Assembly: GCA_002269645.1 (NCBI GenBank)
Contig: NIVC01004189.1
Span: 1-56,023 of the forward strand
Origin: Macrostomum lignano
Taxonomy: Eukaryota
Length of the DNA stretch: 56,023 nt
Direction of reading: 5' to 3'
Shown piece by piece: positions 1 through 11,849 of this stretch; within the stretch, counting starts at the first letter, position 1; each line of letters opens with the position of its first letter. The position numbers and the translations under genes are program-made. The notes under the pieces are model-generated. The model made no database searches. It saw only the letters and a list, made by a program, of their open reading frames with translations, and was not told the origin of the DNA.

Positions 1-612
1 ACAGTTAGATGGTGCAATAGCACAGGTGAGAGACACAGTTGGATGATGCAATAGCACAGGTGAGAGACACAGTTGGATGATGCAATAGCACAGGTGAGAG
101 ACACAATTGGATGATGCAATGGAACAGGTGAGAGACACAGTTGGATGAGGCAATGGAACAGGTGAGAGACACAGTTGGATGAGGCAATAGCACAGGTGAG
201 AGACAGTTGGATGTGCAATAACAGGTGAGAGACACAGTTGGATGATGCAATAGCACAGGTGAGAGACACAGTTGGATGATGCAATAACAGGTGAGAGACA
301 CAATTGGATGATGCAATGGAACAGGTGAGAGACACAGTTGGATGAGGCAATGGAACAGGTGAGAGACACAGTTGGATGAGGCAATAGCACAGGTGAGAGA
401 CAGTTGGATGATGCAATGAAACAGGTGAGAGACAGTTGGATGGTGCAATAGCACAGGTGAGAGACACAGTTGGATGATGCAATGGAACAGGTGAGAGACA
501 CAATTGGATGATGCAATAGCACAGGTGAGAGACACAGTTGGATGATGCAATGGAACAGGTGAGAGACACAGTTGGATGAGGCAATAGCACAGGTGAGAGA
601 CAGTTGGATGAT
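1..612 (+). repeat. 32-34 bp minisatellite (ACAGGTGAGAGACACAGTTGGATGATGCAATAGC), about 18 units, runs off the window start
   Basis: Tandem periodicity is directly visible. It is the reverse complement of the array in PDCL intron 1 (2445-2761). Confidence 0.95.
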
Positions 613-1121
613 GTAATGGTCTCAATCGCAGACAGCTCTTTTGCGAACAGAGGTATTTGAAAATCAACAAAAAGAGACAATAATAGAGACACCAGATTTT
701 ATCAGCGTAAGAGCTGTTTGACGTGGAAATACATATAAGCAGCATCATAAATCATTATTTTCAAATAAAAGAATTCAATTATCAAGATACGTGATCAAAT
801 GAAGGGCTAACCCCTAGGACTTTCTAACTGAGGCAAAACACAAAACAATATGAAAATTCTGTTACCAATATAAATAGCAGAATCAATACATTTAATGGTG
901 TCGAATCGTTAAAACAAAATTGAACATGATCGATATGATGAGAAACTAATTCTTGATTGCGGCCATAATTTTTGCAAACTATCATCATAGTGGAAGTTAA
1001 GCTGCATAAGAGAATAAATGAGGATACAGCAAAGCGATATAAACACATTTTGTGACAACATAAATGAGATAAGCGCTGGTCAATAAGACATGCTCAGGAC
1101 AACAGACTAGTACATGGACTA

Positions 1122-3139
1122 CTAAATGTCTGGAATCTCCCTTCCATTCAGCTCAGTCCGAGTCCGAATCGGACGACCTTCCACCCGTGCAGCGTCGCGA
1201 ATTTTCCGACCGCCGTTTGTCGCCACAGCGTCAGACTCGGCCAAACCGGCGTGTCCGGCACCCCTGGCCAGTCGGACAGCCTGTCCGTCCGCCAGCAGCG
1301 CCTCCGAGAGGACGCCGAATCTGTGGGACAGGCACATAGGTTGGCGCTTTAGTTGGCAGTCTCGGATTTATATTCACAATCACTAGAGCCATCATGGCAC
1401 TGAGCACAGGCTGCAATCACTCAAGCCTGCATCCAACTCACTGAGCACAGGCTGCAATCACTCAAGCCTGCATCCAACTCACTGAGCACAGGCTGCAATC
1501 ACTCAAGCCTGCATCCAACTCACTGAGCACAGGCTGCAATCACTCAAGCCTGCACCCAACTCACTGAGCACAGGCTGCAATCACTCAAGCCTGCATCCAA
1601 CTCACTGAGCACAGGCTGCAATCACTCAAGCCTGCACCTAACGCACAGAGCACAGGCTGCAATCACTCAAGCCTGCATCCAACTCACTGAGCACAGGCTG
1701 CAATCACTCAAGCCTGCACCCAACTCACTGAGCACAGGCTGCAATCACTCAAGCCTGCATCCAACTCACTGAGCACAGGCTGCAATCACTCAAGCCTGCA
1801 CCTAACGCACAGAGCACAGGCTGCAATCACTCAAGCCTGCACCTAACGCACAGAGCACAGGCTGCAATCACTCAAGCCTGCACCTAACGCACAGAGCACA
1901 GGCTACAACCATAGTGGTGTCGCAGCATTGAAAAGCAACCAAAAGCAAGTGCTCAGCGGACTCACTCAGTAAGAAAAGACTCCAATTGGTTCGTAGAGCA
2001 TTGATCTCCCAGTTCTCTGCCCAGCGCCACAAAGCTACTGGTGACCTCGCCGGCCTTGTACACAACTAATGCTGGCAGGCCGCGCTCTATAAACCTGCGC
2101 GACACCAGAGCCTGAGACGCCTGGATGCGGCAGAATTTCACTGTCAGATAGCGGCCAGCGAGTTCGTCCAGTGCAGCATTGACTGCAGCGCAAGCCGGCT
2201 CCTCGATGGAATCATAGATGTGCACCAAGACTTTCACATCTGGCGATTCAGCGTCCACCGCCTGTACAAAACTGCCCCGGTCCAGGTGGACAACTCGGCC
2301 AAACAGCTTCCGCTGGGCAAGAGATTGGCGCATCTCCTCTATGCGCTGACGACGGTACTGCACTAGAAACTCGTCGTCAATCTGGGGATGAATCAATTCG
2401 AATGACTTGATTAGACTGAGTTAATGCTCTTAGAGCTGGGTTTTCTGTGTCTCTCACCTGTACCATTGCCTCATCCAACTGTGTCTCTCACCTGTGCTAT
2501 TGCCTCATCCAACTGTGTCTCTCACCTGTGCCATTGCATCATCCAACTGTCTCTCACCTGTGCTATTGCCTCATCCAACTGTGTCTCTCACCTGAGCCAT
2601 TGCCTCATCCAACTGTGTCTCTCACCTGAGCCATTGCCTCATCCAACTGTGTCTCTCACCTGAGCCATTGCCTCATCCAACTGTGTCTCTCACCTGTGCT
2701 ATTGCCTCATCCAACTGTGTCTCTCACCTGTGCTATTGCATCATCCAACTGTGTCTCTCACCTGTGTCATCGCCTCCTCCAATTCAGCGTCCAGCTGCGC
2801 CTCTCGCTCATCCTCCGCGGCAGTTCTGCAAGCGGTGGCCGCCGATAGCCTGGCCGCCAGGGCCAGCCGCTCCGCCTCCTGGTCGGTGCGGGCCTCTGCT
2901 TCAAGCTGTTTGAATCGGCGCCAGTCTGCCACAACGCCTTTTGGCCCGGTGTTGGTGGCAGCGCCGCGCCACTCTCGTGGCTCCTCCAGCTGCTGCTGAG
3001 GCTGCTGCTGCTGCACCCTGTGCTCCCTCTCGTCGCCAGCTTCATCGCCACTGTCTCCCTCGTCGTCGCTGCCGCTGCTGCTACTGCAGTAGTTGTGCAC
3101 CTTTTCGCCTAGCAACCGATCGTCTAGAGACAAAGCCAT
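1122..3139 (-). CDS. PDCL: Phosducin-like protein 1 (PhLP1), 3 coding exons: 3139-2762, 2381-1966, 1320-1122
   Basis: Motifs LDDRLLGEK, NTGPKGVVADWRRFKQLE, DDEFLVQYRRQRIEEMRQ, thioredoxin-like core (VHIY..., LPALVVYKAGE) and EFGVL match the PhLP1 family. GT-AG junctions have compatible phases (0, 2), and the stop is TAG at 1124-1122. Confidence 0.95.
1398..1905. repeat. 41-bp minisatellite in PDCL intron 2 (CACTGAGCACAGGCTGCAATCACTCAAGCCTGCATCCAACT), about 12 units
   Basis: Period of 41 read directly (1398, 1439, ...). Two unit variants are present. Confidence 0.95.
2445..2782 (-). repeat. 34-bp minisatellite in PDCL intron 1, with its first unit overlapping the exon 1 3' end
   Basis: The minus-strand unit TTGGATGAGGCAATAGCACAG|GTGAGAGACACAG aligns to the exon end TTGGAGGAGGCGATGACACAG|GTGAGAGACACAG. 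Confidence 0.93.
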
Positions 3140-3244
3140 GGCTAAATATTTAGTCAGTTTTCTGAAACATGCACAAAGATCAAAATGCAAATCAGTATCT
3201 TCTTTAATGTGGTGAGAATAGAGACAAATGCTTGAAGTGACACT

Positions 3245-3655
3245 CGGTTGAAGAGAACTAGATTCTGGTGGAGGTTGAGGGCGGTGGAACTGGGGACGGA
3301 GACACTTCCGGTTGAAGAGAACTAGATTCTGGTAGAGGCTGAGGGCGGTGGAACTGGGGACGGAGACACTTCCGGTTGAAGAGAACTAGATTCTGGTGGA
3401 GGTTGAGGGCGGTGGAACTGGGGACGGAGACACTTCCGGTTGAAGAGAACTAGATTCTGGTAGAGGCTGAGGGCGGTGGAACTGGGGACGGAGACACCGG
3501 TTCCGGCTGAAGAGAACTAGATTCTGGTAGAGGCTGAGGGCGGTGGAACTGGGGACGGAGACACTTCCGGTTGAAGAGAACTAGATTCTGGTGGAGGTTG
3601 AGGGCGGTGGAACTGGGGACGGAGATACGGTCAGACACCGGTTCCGGCTGTTAAG
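3245..3655. repeat. 64-bp tandem repeat, about 6 copies, upstream of the PDCL start
   Basis: CGGTTGAAGAGAACTAGATTCTGG recurs at 3245, 3309, 3373, 3437, ~3504 and 3568. Confidence 0.93.
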
Positions 3656-4630
3656 ACTATCCAGGTAAAAAATGAAGCTATAATCTGAGTTGACAGCAGC
3701 AACAGCGCTGTATTAAAAAAACAAAGAACGCGCCAACATTTATTTATACAGACAAACATACGAGTTGCTAGTCTCTAGTCAGCATGGAGTATTAGCACCT
3801 TAGAAACTAGACTGGTAACATCTCCGAAGAACATAAAGATGGAAATATTTGCTAGGCGTGTACATATGCCTCAGTAAATTATTCTTGGGTAAAAATAACA
3901 GCTTCGCAAACACAACGAACGACATACGAGCAGTTCTTTGTCTCCTAGCTAAGCAATTATCCTTTGTAATCGCTTAAAAGCCATCGTAACTAACTGGTCA
4001 TATGTAAGTAGTGAATTTCGGCAAAAATAATCTTGACAGTACATAATGACACAGCCAGCTCTTCAATTACAGGAGATATGCCTAGCAGATACCGAACAAT
4101 GTCTTTCTGTGCTACTGCCAATAGCTAATTACGGGCAACATGGACAAGCAGTGCTTAACATTTTTATTCACGGTCAGATAAAAGCAAGAGATAAACAATA
4201 CAATAAAAATCAAGTTACGGCGCTGGCACAGAAGAGCAATGATGACACAATTTTAAACTCTTTGTACATGCACTGCTGGCAGGGTCCGCCAACTGGACGC
4301 GTATAAATATTGGCCATTCATACATTATTCCTCTTTTATCGAAACATATACGAAACGATGTACAGTTATATGGCGACTATAAAACCGCAATTCTTTGCGC
4401 TGGAAATATCACTCAGTAAGCAAGAGAAAAAGGAATAATGTTAATAATAAAATTTGTCAATCAGCTATGTGAAAAAAGTTCTACAGCTTGATACAAATTA
4501 GGGTAAAATTTACAGCGAGAGTTTTTAAACCACTAATTTAAACTCTGCATTCACTCCCCTATAAGCAGCTCGAGGCATCTAAAGAGACAGCTAAGTGACT
4601 AAATACTAGTTTAAATAAGTGAATTTCTCA

Positions 4631-4995
4631 GGGGGCCGTAGCCCAGCGGTAGCGCAGCTGCTCTGGTGTGCCAGCGACCCAGGCTCGATTCCAAGTGCAG
4701 TCACATTAATTTGGGGCTGAATTGGAATCTCGGCTTGGCTCTGCTCGTGCAATTAACGGCCTTGAGAGCCACCCCCCAAGGCGCAGTGAAGTGTACATGC
4801 CTAACGATAAAATAAAGTTAGGGCCGCTGTACACTCCTGTGTGAGTGTGTGCCTGCGTACGTATCCGCGCGCTTGTATGCCTGCTCAGGGAGTCGGCGGA
4901 ATGGGCAGCAATGCCTCTCGCTGGTTGTGTGCCTATGTCGCTTGAAGTACGCCAGGGTGCACACAACCCCCCTGCCTCTTATAATAATAAAAAAG
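4631..4995 (+). mobile_element. tRNA-derived SINE (family A)
   Basis: The head GGGGGCCGTAGCCCAGCGG (A box) ... GGCTCGATTCC (B-box-like) is followed by a ~280-bp body and a TAATAATAAAAAA tail. Confidence 0.7.
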
Positions 4996-5097
4996 TGTCT
5001 TTCTCAAAAACACATTGCTTGTTCCGAGTGGGTCGGGAATCGAAGCCCCGACTTTTCAGTTGCGAGCCCGACACTGTAACCTCGAGGCTACAACCCT
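4992..5097 (-). mobile_element. 5' fragment of tRNA-derived SINE (family B)
   Basis: Minus strand reads AGGGTTGTAGCC...GGCTTCGATTCCCGACCCACTCGGAACAA...GAGAAAGACACTT. This is homologous to the head of the copy at 30443-30740. Confidence 0.7.
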
Positions 5098-6096
5098 AAC
5101 CCTAAATAGTAAAAATAAACACTTTGAGAGCTGCTGTTTACAAAACTGTTCAGAAATTAAGTCGAGTACGTTTAACGTTTCTCTCATCATAGCTGCTAGC
5201 TTAGAAGGTTTGATGTTGAGCAGAGAAGCTGATCTAGCAATATTCAACTCATAAATAGTACTTATAACTGCATTTTAAACTATGATGCAGCACTAGCTTG
5301 GCTCGGATTGCACGGCTAGAATTAAGCATCTATGCACTACATGGTAGAAACATCGATTCGAAAGCCATATTGAAATACAACTGGCTATGCCGGCTATTTA
5401 ATACAATATTTATAAAACTATCCGTCGAAAGCAACGCACAATGCACCAAAAACAGATCAAAGAGTTTTTAAACATGGATAGTGCTACGGAATATACCATC
5501 TAGATTAGAAAAGAAAGCAGGAAAGAACACAAAATAAGGACAATAATCTGGAATAATCAACACAGTTTTAGCACAAAAATGAGAATAATCTACAGTTCTT
5601 GCTTCAAGAGATTGAAATTTAAATATTCCGTTTAATCCTGTTAGTCAGGCACCATTTATCAACGATATTAAATAATTATTAGCACGAAATAAAACTACCT
5701 ATTCTATCAATAATAGAAAGGGACACTATTAGTATTAGAACGCTCAGCATGAAAACTACAAGCGATACTAAAACACTTTACGTTGACTGTAACATAAGGA
5801 CAGTAAATTGACAAAAAGTTGAACTGTTTATGTTCACAACAGATATCGCCAGAACACTGTTTTATGAAGACACCAAAATATCACACGACAAATTATCGCT
5901 AAGTTCCAGGCATTTTTTCAATCACTGAATATTTCAAATCAAATATTTATCATTTCGAACTAACTAGTGCTCACTGATGGTACAAAGACTTCTATTATGT
6001 ATTAATTCTCATTGCTGCAAACCAATCCACTTTAGAGGCGCAATTATGGCCAAACAAATCCTGAAGCGACAGGGACACTCCATCAAAATAGTCAAG

Positions 6097-7943
6097 TCAG
6101 GGAGAGTTGGGAGCTGACAGTGAGCCAACGCCAGTCACGCTGCAAGGTGAGACAGGCTCGCTAATACCGCCAACTAGACTGCTATTGGCTGGTGAGGCAA
6201 CGGCCGCGCTAGCAGATGCCGCGCCCGATGCTGCAGCGGAAGCGGTAGCCAGCGGAAGAACCTTCCTGGAGAACCAGACAGGCAAGAGGAAGGCGGAAGA
6301 TTTCAGCCGATCGATCGAACGCTGGGACACGGAACGGTACTCAGGCAGCTCCAACAGCTGGAGAACCTCGTCCAGCAGAAGGAGGTAGGTGCGCGCACCT
6401 GACGACGAGCTGAGATGAGCTCGCTCTACAAGATACCGCTTGTCCTCAGCGTCACACAGGTAGCGGTACAGGTGACGGTGCCTATCGTACACACGCTGAC
6501 AGCCACGGGAGACAAGGCCCAGGCAGCGGTTCACACAGCTGCCAACCACAAAGCTGGTATCGGGACCAACGCTGGCACGGTCTGAATTGGCACCTGCTGA
6601 TAAAGAATGAGACTCGCCGTCCAAGCGGTAGGCACTGAATGGGCTATTGCTATTGCCGAAACTTTCGCCTTGTTGCTGCCCTTGTAACGCTTGGTGAGTT
6701 GTTGCAGAATTAGCAAATTGTGCTGCCAGATCCTCAGCTACAGCACGATAGAAGCTGGCCTTATGCTGCTGCTGATATTCTGTTTGTTCATCGTCCTGGC
6801 ATTCGCAGGAGCGGATATTGCTCAGACAGGCTGCACGTAGCTGTCAAAGTAGCCGGCCAATAGGCTGTCAATGTCAGCACGGATTCGGCGCTGCAGACAG
6901 CCGTGTACTAAGCGAATGGCCTGCTGACTATCCAGATGAAGCTCGGCGCCAGCTCGTATTAGCAGAGAGTTTGCCAGATTTTTACGCTTTTTCACTGACG
7001 TGGAAGCTGGCAGCGCCGAGGATGAAGAGACACATACGGAAGAGACTCTTGCCTTGTCAACTCGGCCGCTTAAAATACCGTCAGACGTTTTACTGCGCTC
7101 AAATTCAACAATACTGTCGGCAATGTTTCTGCGGCGACTCATTGACAGGCGAAATGCAACCATGCCAGCCGGCCTCATGCTTTTGCAGTCCTCCTGATTT
7201 GATGGCGGCAACGGAGCTGGAAGATTTGGCACAGCGGGATCCGCTTCAAGACTGGGGCCACACTGTACACCGTTGTCAACTGTCTGCGGAGGAGTCAGCG
7301 ATACTAGGGAGAGCGAAGGGGGAGGCGTAGACTGAGACTGCTGCTGCCTCGCGTCGTCGATAACTAAAGAAGGTGGAGGGCGAAATCCCCCGCCACTGTT
7401 GCCGCCGCTTGCAATAACTGAAAGTGACGGCAACTGCTGCTGTTGAAGCTGCTGATGCTGCTGTACAACAATCGGCAAACGAGGCTTGGGCTGGTGCACA
7501 GTAATTGCACTGCTGACAGGCTGTAATACCAGATGCTGCTGTTGTTGGATTGACGTTGACTGGTTGCTACTGGAAGATACTGATGGGACAAAATCATGGA
7601 AGGGCATGCGGCTGTGAACGCTGCTATTAACTCCACCAAAAGCGCCATGATGATTTAACTGAAACTGCTGCGGATGTTGCGACTGTAGCTGGTGCTGAAA
7701 AGACTGCTGTTGATTATTTAATTGCTGCTGCTGTTGAAAGCTTGCAGCAGCAGCCCCCAGCTGGGATGAAGCTGGATAGACAGCAGTCGAGAGGCCAGAC
7801 TGAATTAGACCAGAAGTCCGGTTGCTGTTAACCAACAATGAGCTGAGAATAGACTGACTGTTGGCATTGCCAGCGCTGTTGCCACTTCTACTAGGCAGAA
7901 GCATAGCGCCATTGACCCGGTTAAATGTTGGTGGCCCCGACAT
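6097..7943 (-). CDS. DNTTIP1: Deoxynucleotidyltransferase terminal-interacting protein 1 (MiDAC subunit), interrupted by a frame break at ~6825
   Basis: The C-terminal SFVVGSCVNRCLG..RVYDRHRHLYRYLCDAEDKRYL...TYLLLLDEV...AFLLPVW matches the DNTTIP1 SKI/SNO/DAC-like domain. The dimerisation-region segment (AIRLVHGCLQRRIRADIDSLLAGY..YVQP / LSNIRS) is split across two frames. The N-terminus is long and Q/S-rich. Confidence 0.85.
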
Positions 7944-10900
7944 TCAGTTGGGCCCCAAATTTAATAAAAATTATTGTACTGTGACTGCAAGGTATCCAAG
8001 TTTCTTTCACAAGTACTTTCTATGACCAATTCTGGTCAGAATGGCTGCCAGTTTGGAATTCTTACAAGTAGATCTAAAAAGATCACATCTGAAACAAAAA
8101 TGCGAGTAGTTTTAGCCACAATTAATGAGATTATGTCAAAGGCTTAGGGCAATCTACTTTCAAACAAAGTTTAGACTTTGGATAAAATATATTTACAATA
8201 AGAAATACCAAAATGAGAGTTAGTGATACCAAAGTGAATGCCAGAGGCAATGAGAATAATTGTCAAGGGTCACAGAAAAGACAGCTTAGCTAGCTTTTAA
8301 GTAAGACAATTCTTACATTAATAAAACGATTCAAAAATATCTAAGAAATGGTGTAAAAGCCTATTAGAATATGTTTTAAAAAACTTAGATAGTTTCTAGG
8401 TAACTTAGCACACCTTTATAATTTATACCTATGCTGCACTTATATTACAATCAACTAGAGTTGTGATAATCAATTACCATTTTTAAGAGTGGCTATAGTG
8501 TATAAAATTTATAGCAAGCTTCCTATAGATTATCTTATAGTTAATATAATAATGAATGCTAAATATGACAAATATAATCATTTTCTTTCATTTATTTTTA
8601 TTTCATACTATATTTTCTAATCTATTTTGGATTTTTTCCTGCCTATATTATTTCACTCACTGGGCTTACTTGTAGCCCATTGTTTTTTTATAAAAGTAGA
8701 TACTTCTTTTGTATATGCCCTTTCCTACATCTAGATCTGAGGCTTTAAGAGAAGTGAAGCATTATGAATAAAGTTTAACATGGATTTGAGGGCAATGATT
8801 TCCACAAACTCAGAAGGGTATGGTTGGCATTTGGTCTAGGTGCATTTTCATTGAATTTCATTGAACACTTATAAATACTTGATGCATGCAAACTATGACA
8901 TATTTCATAGGATTTAATCATCCTAGTCATTGATAGTCACATTTTCAGTTCTATAATTATAGATAGCACACTAATTTAATATTATTATAACATTTAGGAT
9001 AACAATAGAAATGAAATATTTTCATCATATAGGATTATACATTTATCAAGATAAAATTGGCAAAGAAAACCTCATTAGAGTGCATAGTGAAAGGGCAATG
9101 GCTGTGTTTCCACTAGTTGGTCCCTTTTGTCCAATGGATAGATAGCCAAAGAAATATTTAAGGCAACTCTTAATTTGTTTTGAGTTTAATTTTTGTAAAA
9201 GCCCTTTTTCCATTGCTGCCAGCCTACTATTACGCTGCTAGCATAAGATATATAATAATACAAGTAGTTATTATTACTTGTCTATTTTGATATAGCTATC
9301 AGCTATGCCTTATATATTTGCCCATTGTTTATAGTCCCTTTTTGATTCTTTGCTCACTAACCTTTATTTACTGCTTCTTGTGCATTATCACATTGTCTAA
9401 CAACCCTAGCTTGCAAGCTGTGGCAATCTATTCAGCTGATCAAGAGGCCCTTGATGAAGCATTTTACTAGGCTACCTAGTAGGGCCAAGTGCAGATAATA
9501 GCCTACTTAATAGGCCTTAGTAAAATCTCTATCAATGAATGACACCTATCACAACTTGTGACTTACTCAAGGAATAGTTTCAATGAGTAGAAGTGTGCCT
9601 TTGTGTACAAAGGGTGACCTTAGCTTGTTTTAGCCCTTCTGCTAGCCATCACCTAGGAGGCTTGTTACCCACCTTCTATAGTTTTGAAGGCGATATGTAT
9701 GCCAGGAAATCCTAGTGTATAACAAAAGTCTTATCATTTTTCATTGTATATCAAGGTATATCCTGGCATATATGACACAGCAGATACATTGTGTCAAATG
9801 ACATTTATTGTATTGGTATACAAACCTGGCATATAAACAAGGGCTTGTCAATTTTCTGGCATTAAAATTGGCATATATTAATATACAATTGAAACTATAG
9901 CCCACCTTTAAGAGGGATAGATTCCCCACTTGAGTTTTTCTATTTGGCACTTATGATAATCTATTATCAATCTTTTAATTGAATTTATTTTGATATTAAT
10001 TGTTAATCTAAATAAAACCTAATTTAATTTTCAAAGAAAATATTTTTAATGTGTAAAAGTAAAGACTACTAGGTCTTGGTAAACTAATAACCTAACTTTT
10101 ATCCTTTTCAATCATTTCTTGTTATAACTGTTTCATTTCAAACAAAAAAAATTAACAAATGAAAGAGAAATATTGCATTAAATGACTATCTATAGTCTAT
10201 GACTTTATATATAATATATATATATTAATATAAAGAAGGATACCTAGCATTTTGGAGACAAACTAAATCATAAATTTTTGCTAGGCCTAGGCCTAGGGTT
10301 CACTATCAACCATTGGTAGGCCAGCCCATTGACAAGAAGGTGGGATAGTGTGCATTGGAAAAACTAATTATAGAATGAATTAAAGGGCCTATTATAGGCC
10401 TATAATAAATATTATTTTGTACTCCAAGCAAGTCATTATATCAACAATTAAAAAATTTCAAAATCATTTTGCTTAATAATTAAGTTCATTGGGCCTTACC
10501 TTTTAGGCATGGCAGCCATGTCTATAATATTTGAGCTTATAGGCAAAGCTATAATCATTGATATAGAATTTATGTTCTATAAGGCTTTTTTATAAATAAA
10601 TGGTGGCTTAGTGGATATGTCTTAGTTCTGTCACTTTGTTGACATTTTGTATTGAGTCAACCATGTGACACCTATGCTATTGGACATGAATAATAATGTG
10701 AATGCTTAAACAATCTATTAGGGAAGGTAGTTTTTTTGCTATATATTGATTTATATTATATGTTATATATTTATTGATTTTTATTATATAGATCATGTTT
10801 ACTAATGACAAAAACACTATGGGCAAAAATTGTTTTGCATGTTATTGTAACTACAATATTGATAGGTTAACTCACATTGACCAAATGATGTTTTGCTATT

Positions 10901-11849
10901 AGATTTTTTCTTGGGTCAGAATAAATTTGCCAGTTATTTAGTTTTTTTCATATTATATACATTTGAGAAACTTTAATATGAAGGCATCAATGAGGCTCTT
11001 TTTTCTATAGACAAGTTTTTTTATTAGTGCAAAGGCTAAGACCAATGAAAGCTTGGTAAAGAATCAGAAAGTTTTTTTATCACAAAGTTGCAAAAAGGCC
11101 AGGAGTGAAGAAAGCTTGGCAAGTAATCAGGAAATTTATTGATCATAGCAAAGTTGCTTGTCTTATTAGCTGATAGTTTACTAGGCATCATTTTGACAAA
11201 CTAGATCACCTTGGTTATGGATGCTTAAAGCATCGAGGCCCAATGAGCAGCAATTTCATACTTGTTCTCCATGTAGAGTAAGTAGATAGCTTTTGAGGTA
11301 TTGTGCCAAAATGGTAAAAGGTAAAAGTAGTAGCTATAATATATTTATAGGAGAAATGTCTTGAAATAGAAATAGAGGCCAGTTTAATGCAGTTATATTA
11401 ATAATTTGACATCATGTATAGTCTGTATTTGTACTGAAAATCAAAATCAAATGAGCTTTTGCCTTTTTTCTCTAGCTATTTGACTTTAACCATGGCTAGC
11501 ACATGGGTAAGGCTATAGATTTTGTATATAATGCCTATTGCAATTAAAAAATCACAGCTTTTCATCAAGATCTATAAAGCACTAGTGTCTAGTATTTGTA
11601 TATTAGGTTTTAGATTAGGCTATCAGTTTCTATACTGTTCACAATTGGATAGGACACTTGATGCTAGCCAAGTATGACTAGGTGATCAGCCATGCTCTGG
11701 TTGCTTTGTCATTTTACTTAATAGAGAACTTGCTACTATATCAAGGCACTCCTAGATGAGGATTGAGGATACTCATATGGTAGTCTGTCTGCTAGCTTGC
11801 TGCCTATGTTAGTGTTCCAACAACAATTGTCTATCAATACTTGACAGAA

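Noticed and set aside
5-748. 247-aa Cys/His/Leu-rich ORF and similar ORFs at 2424-2913
   Set aside because: These are translations of the 34-bp minisatellite, with no start context or domain.
1-3655. Regular repeats resembling CRISPR arrays
   Set aside because: Units are head-to-tail with no unique spacers, there are no cas genes, and the context is eukaryotic.
4631-4705. Possible tRNA gene (also 30670-30740 and 5020-5097)
   Set aside because: Acceptor and anticodon stems pair poorly, and each head continues into a SINE body or tail.
6818-7330. 170-aa plus-strand ORF
   Set aside because: It is the antisense shadow of the DNTTIP1 CDS.
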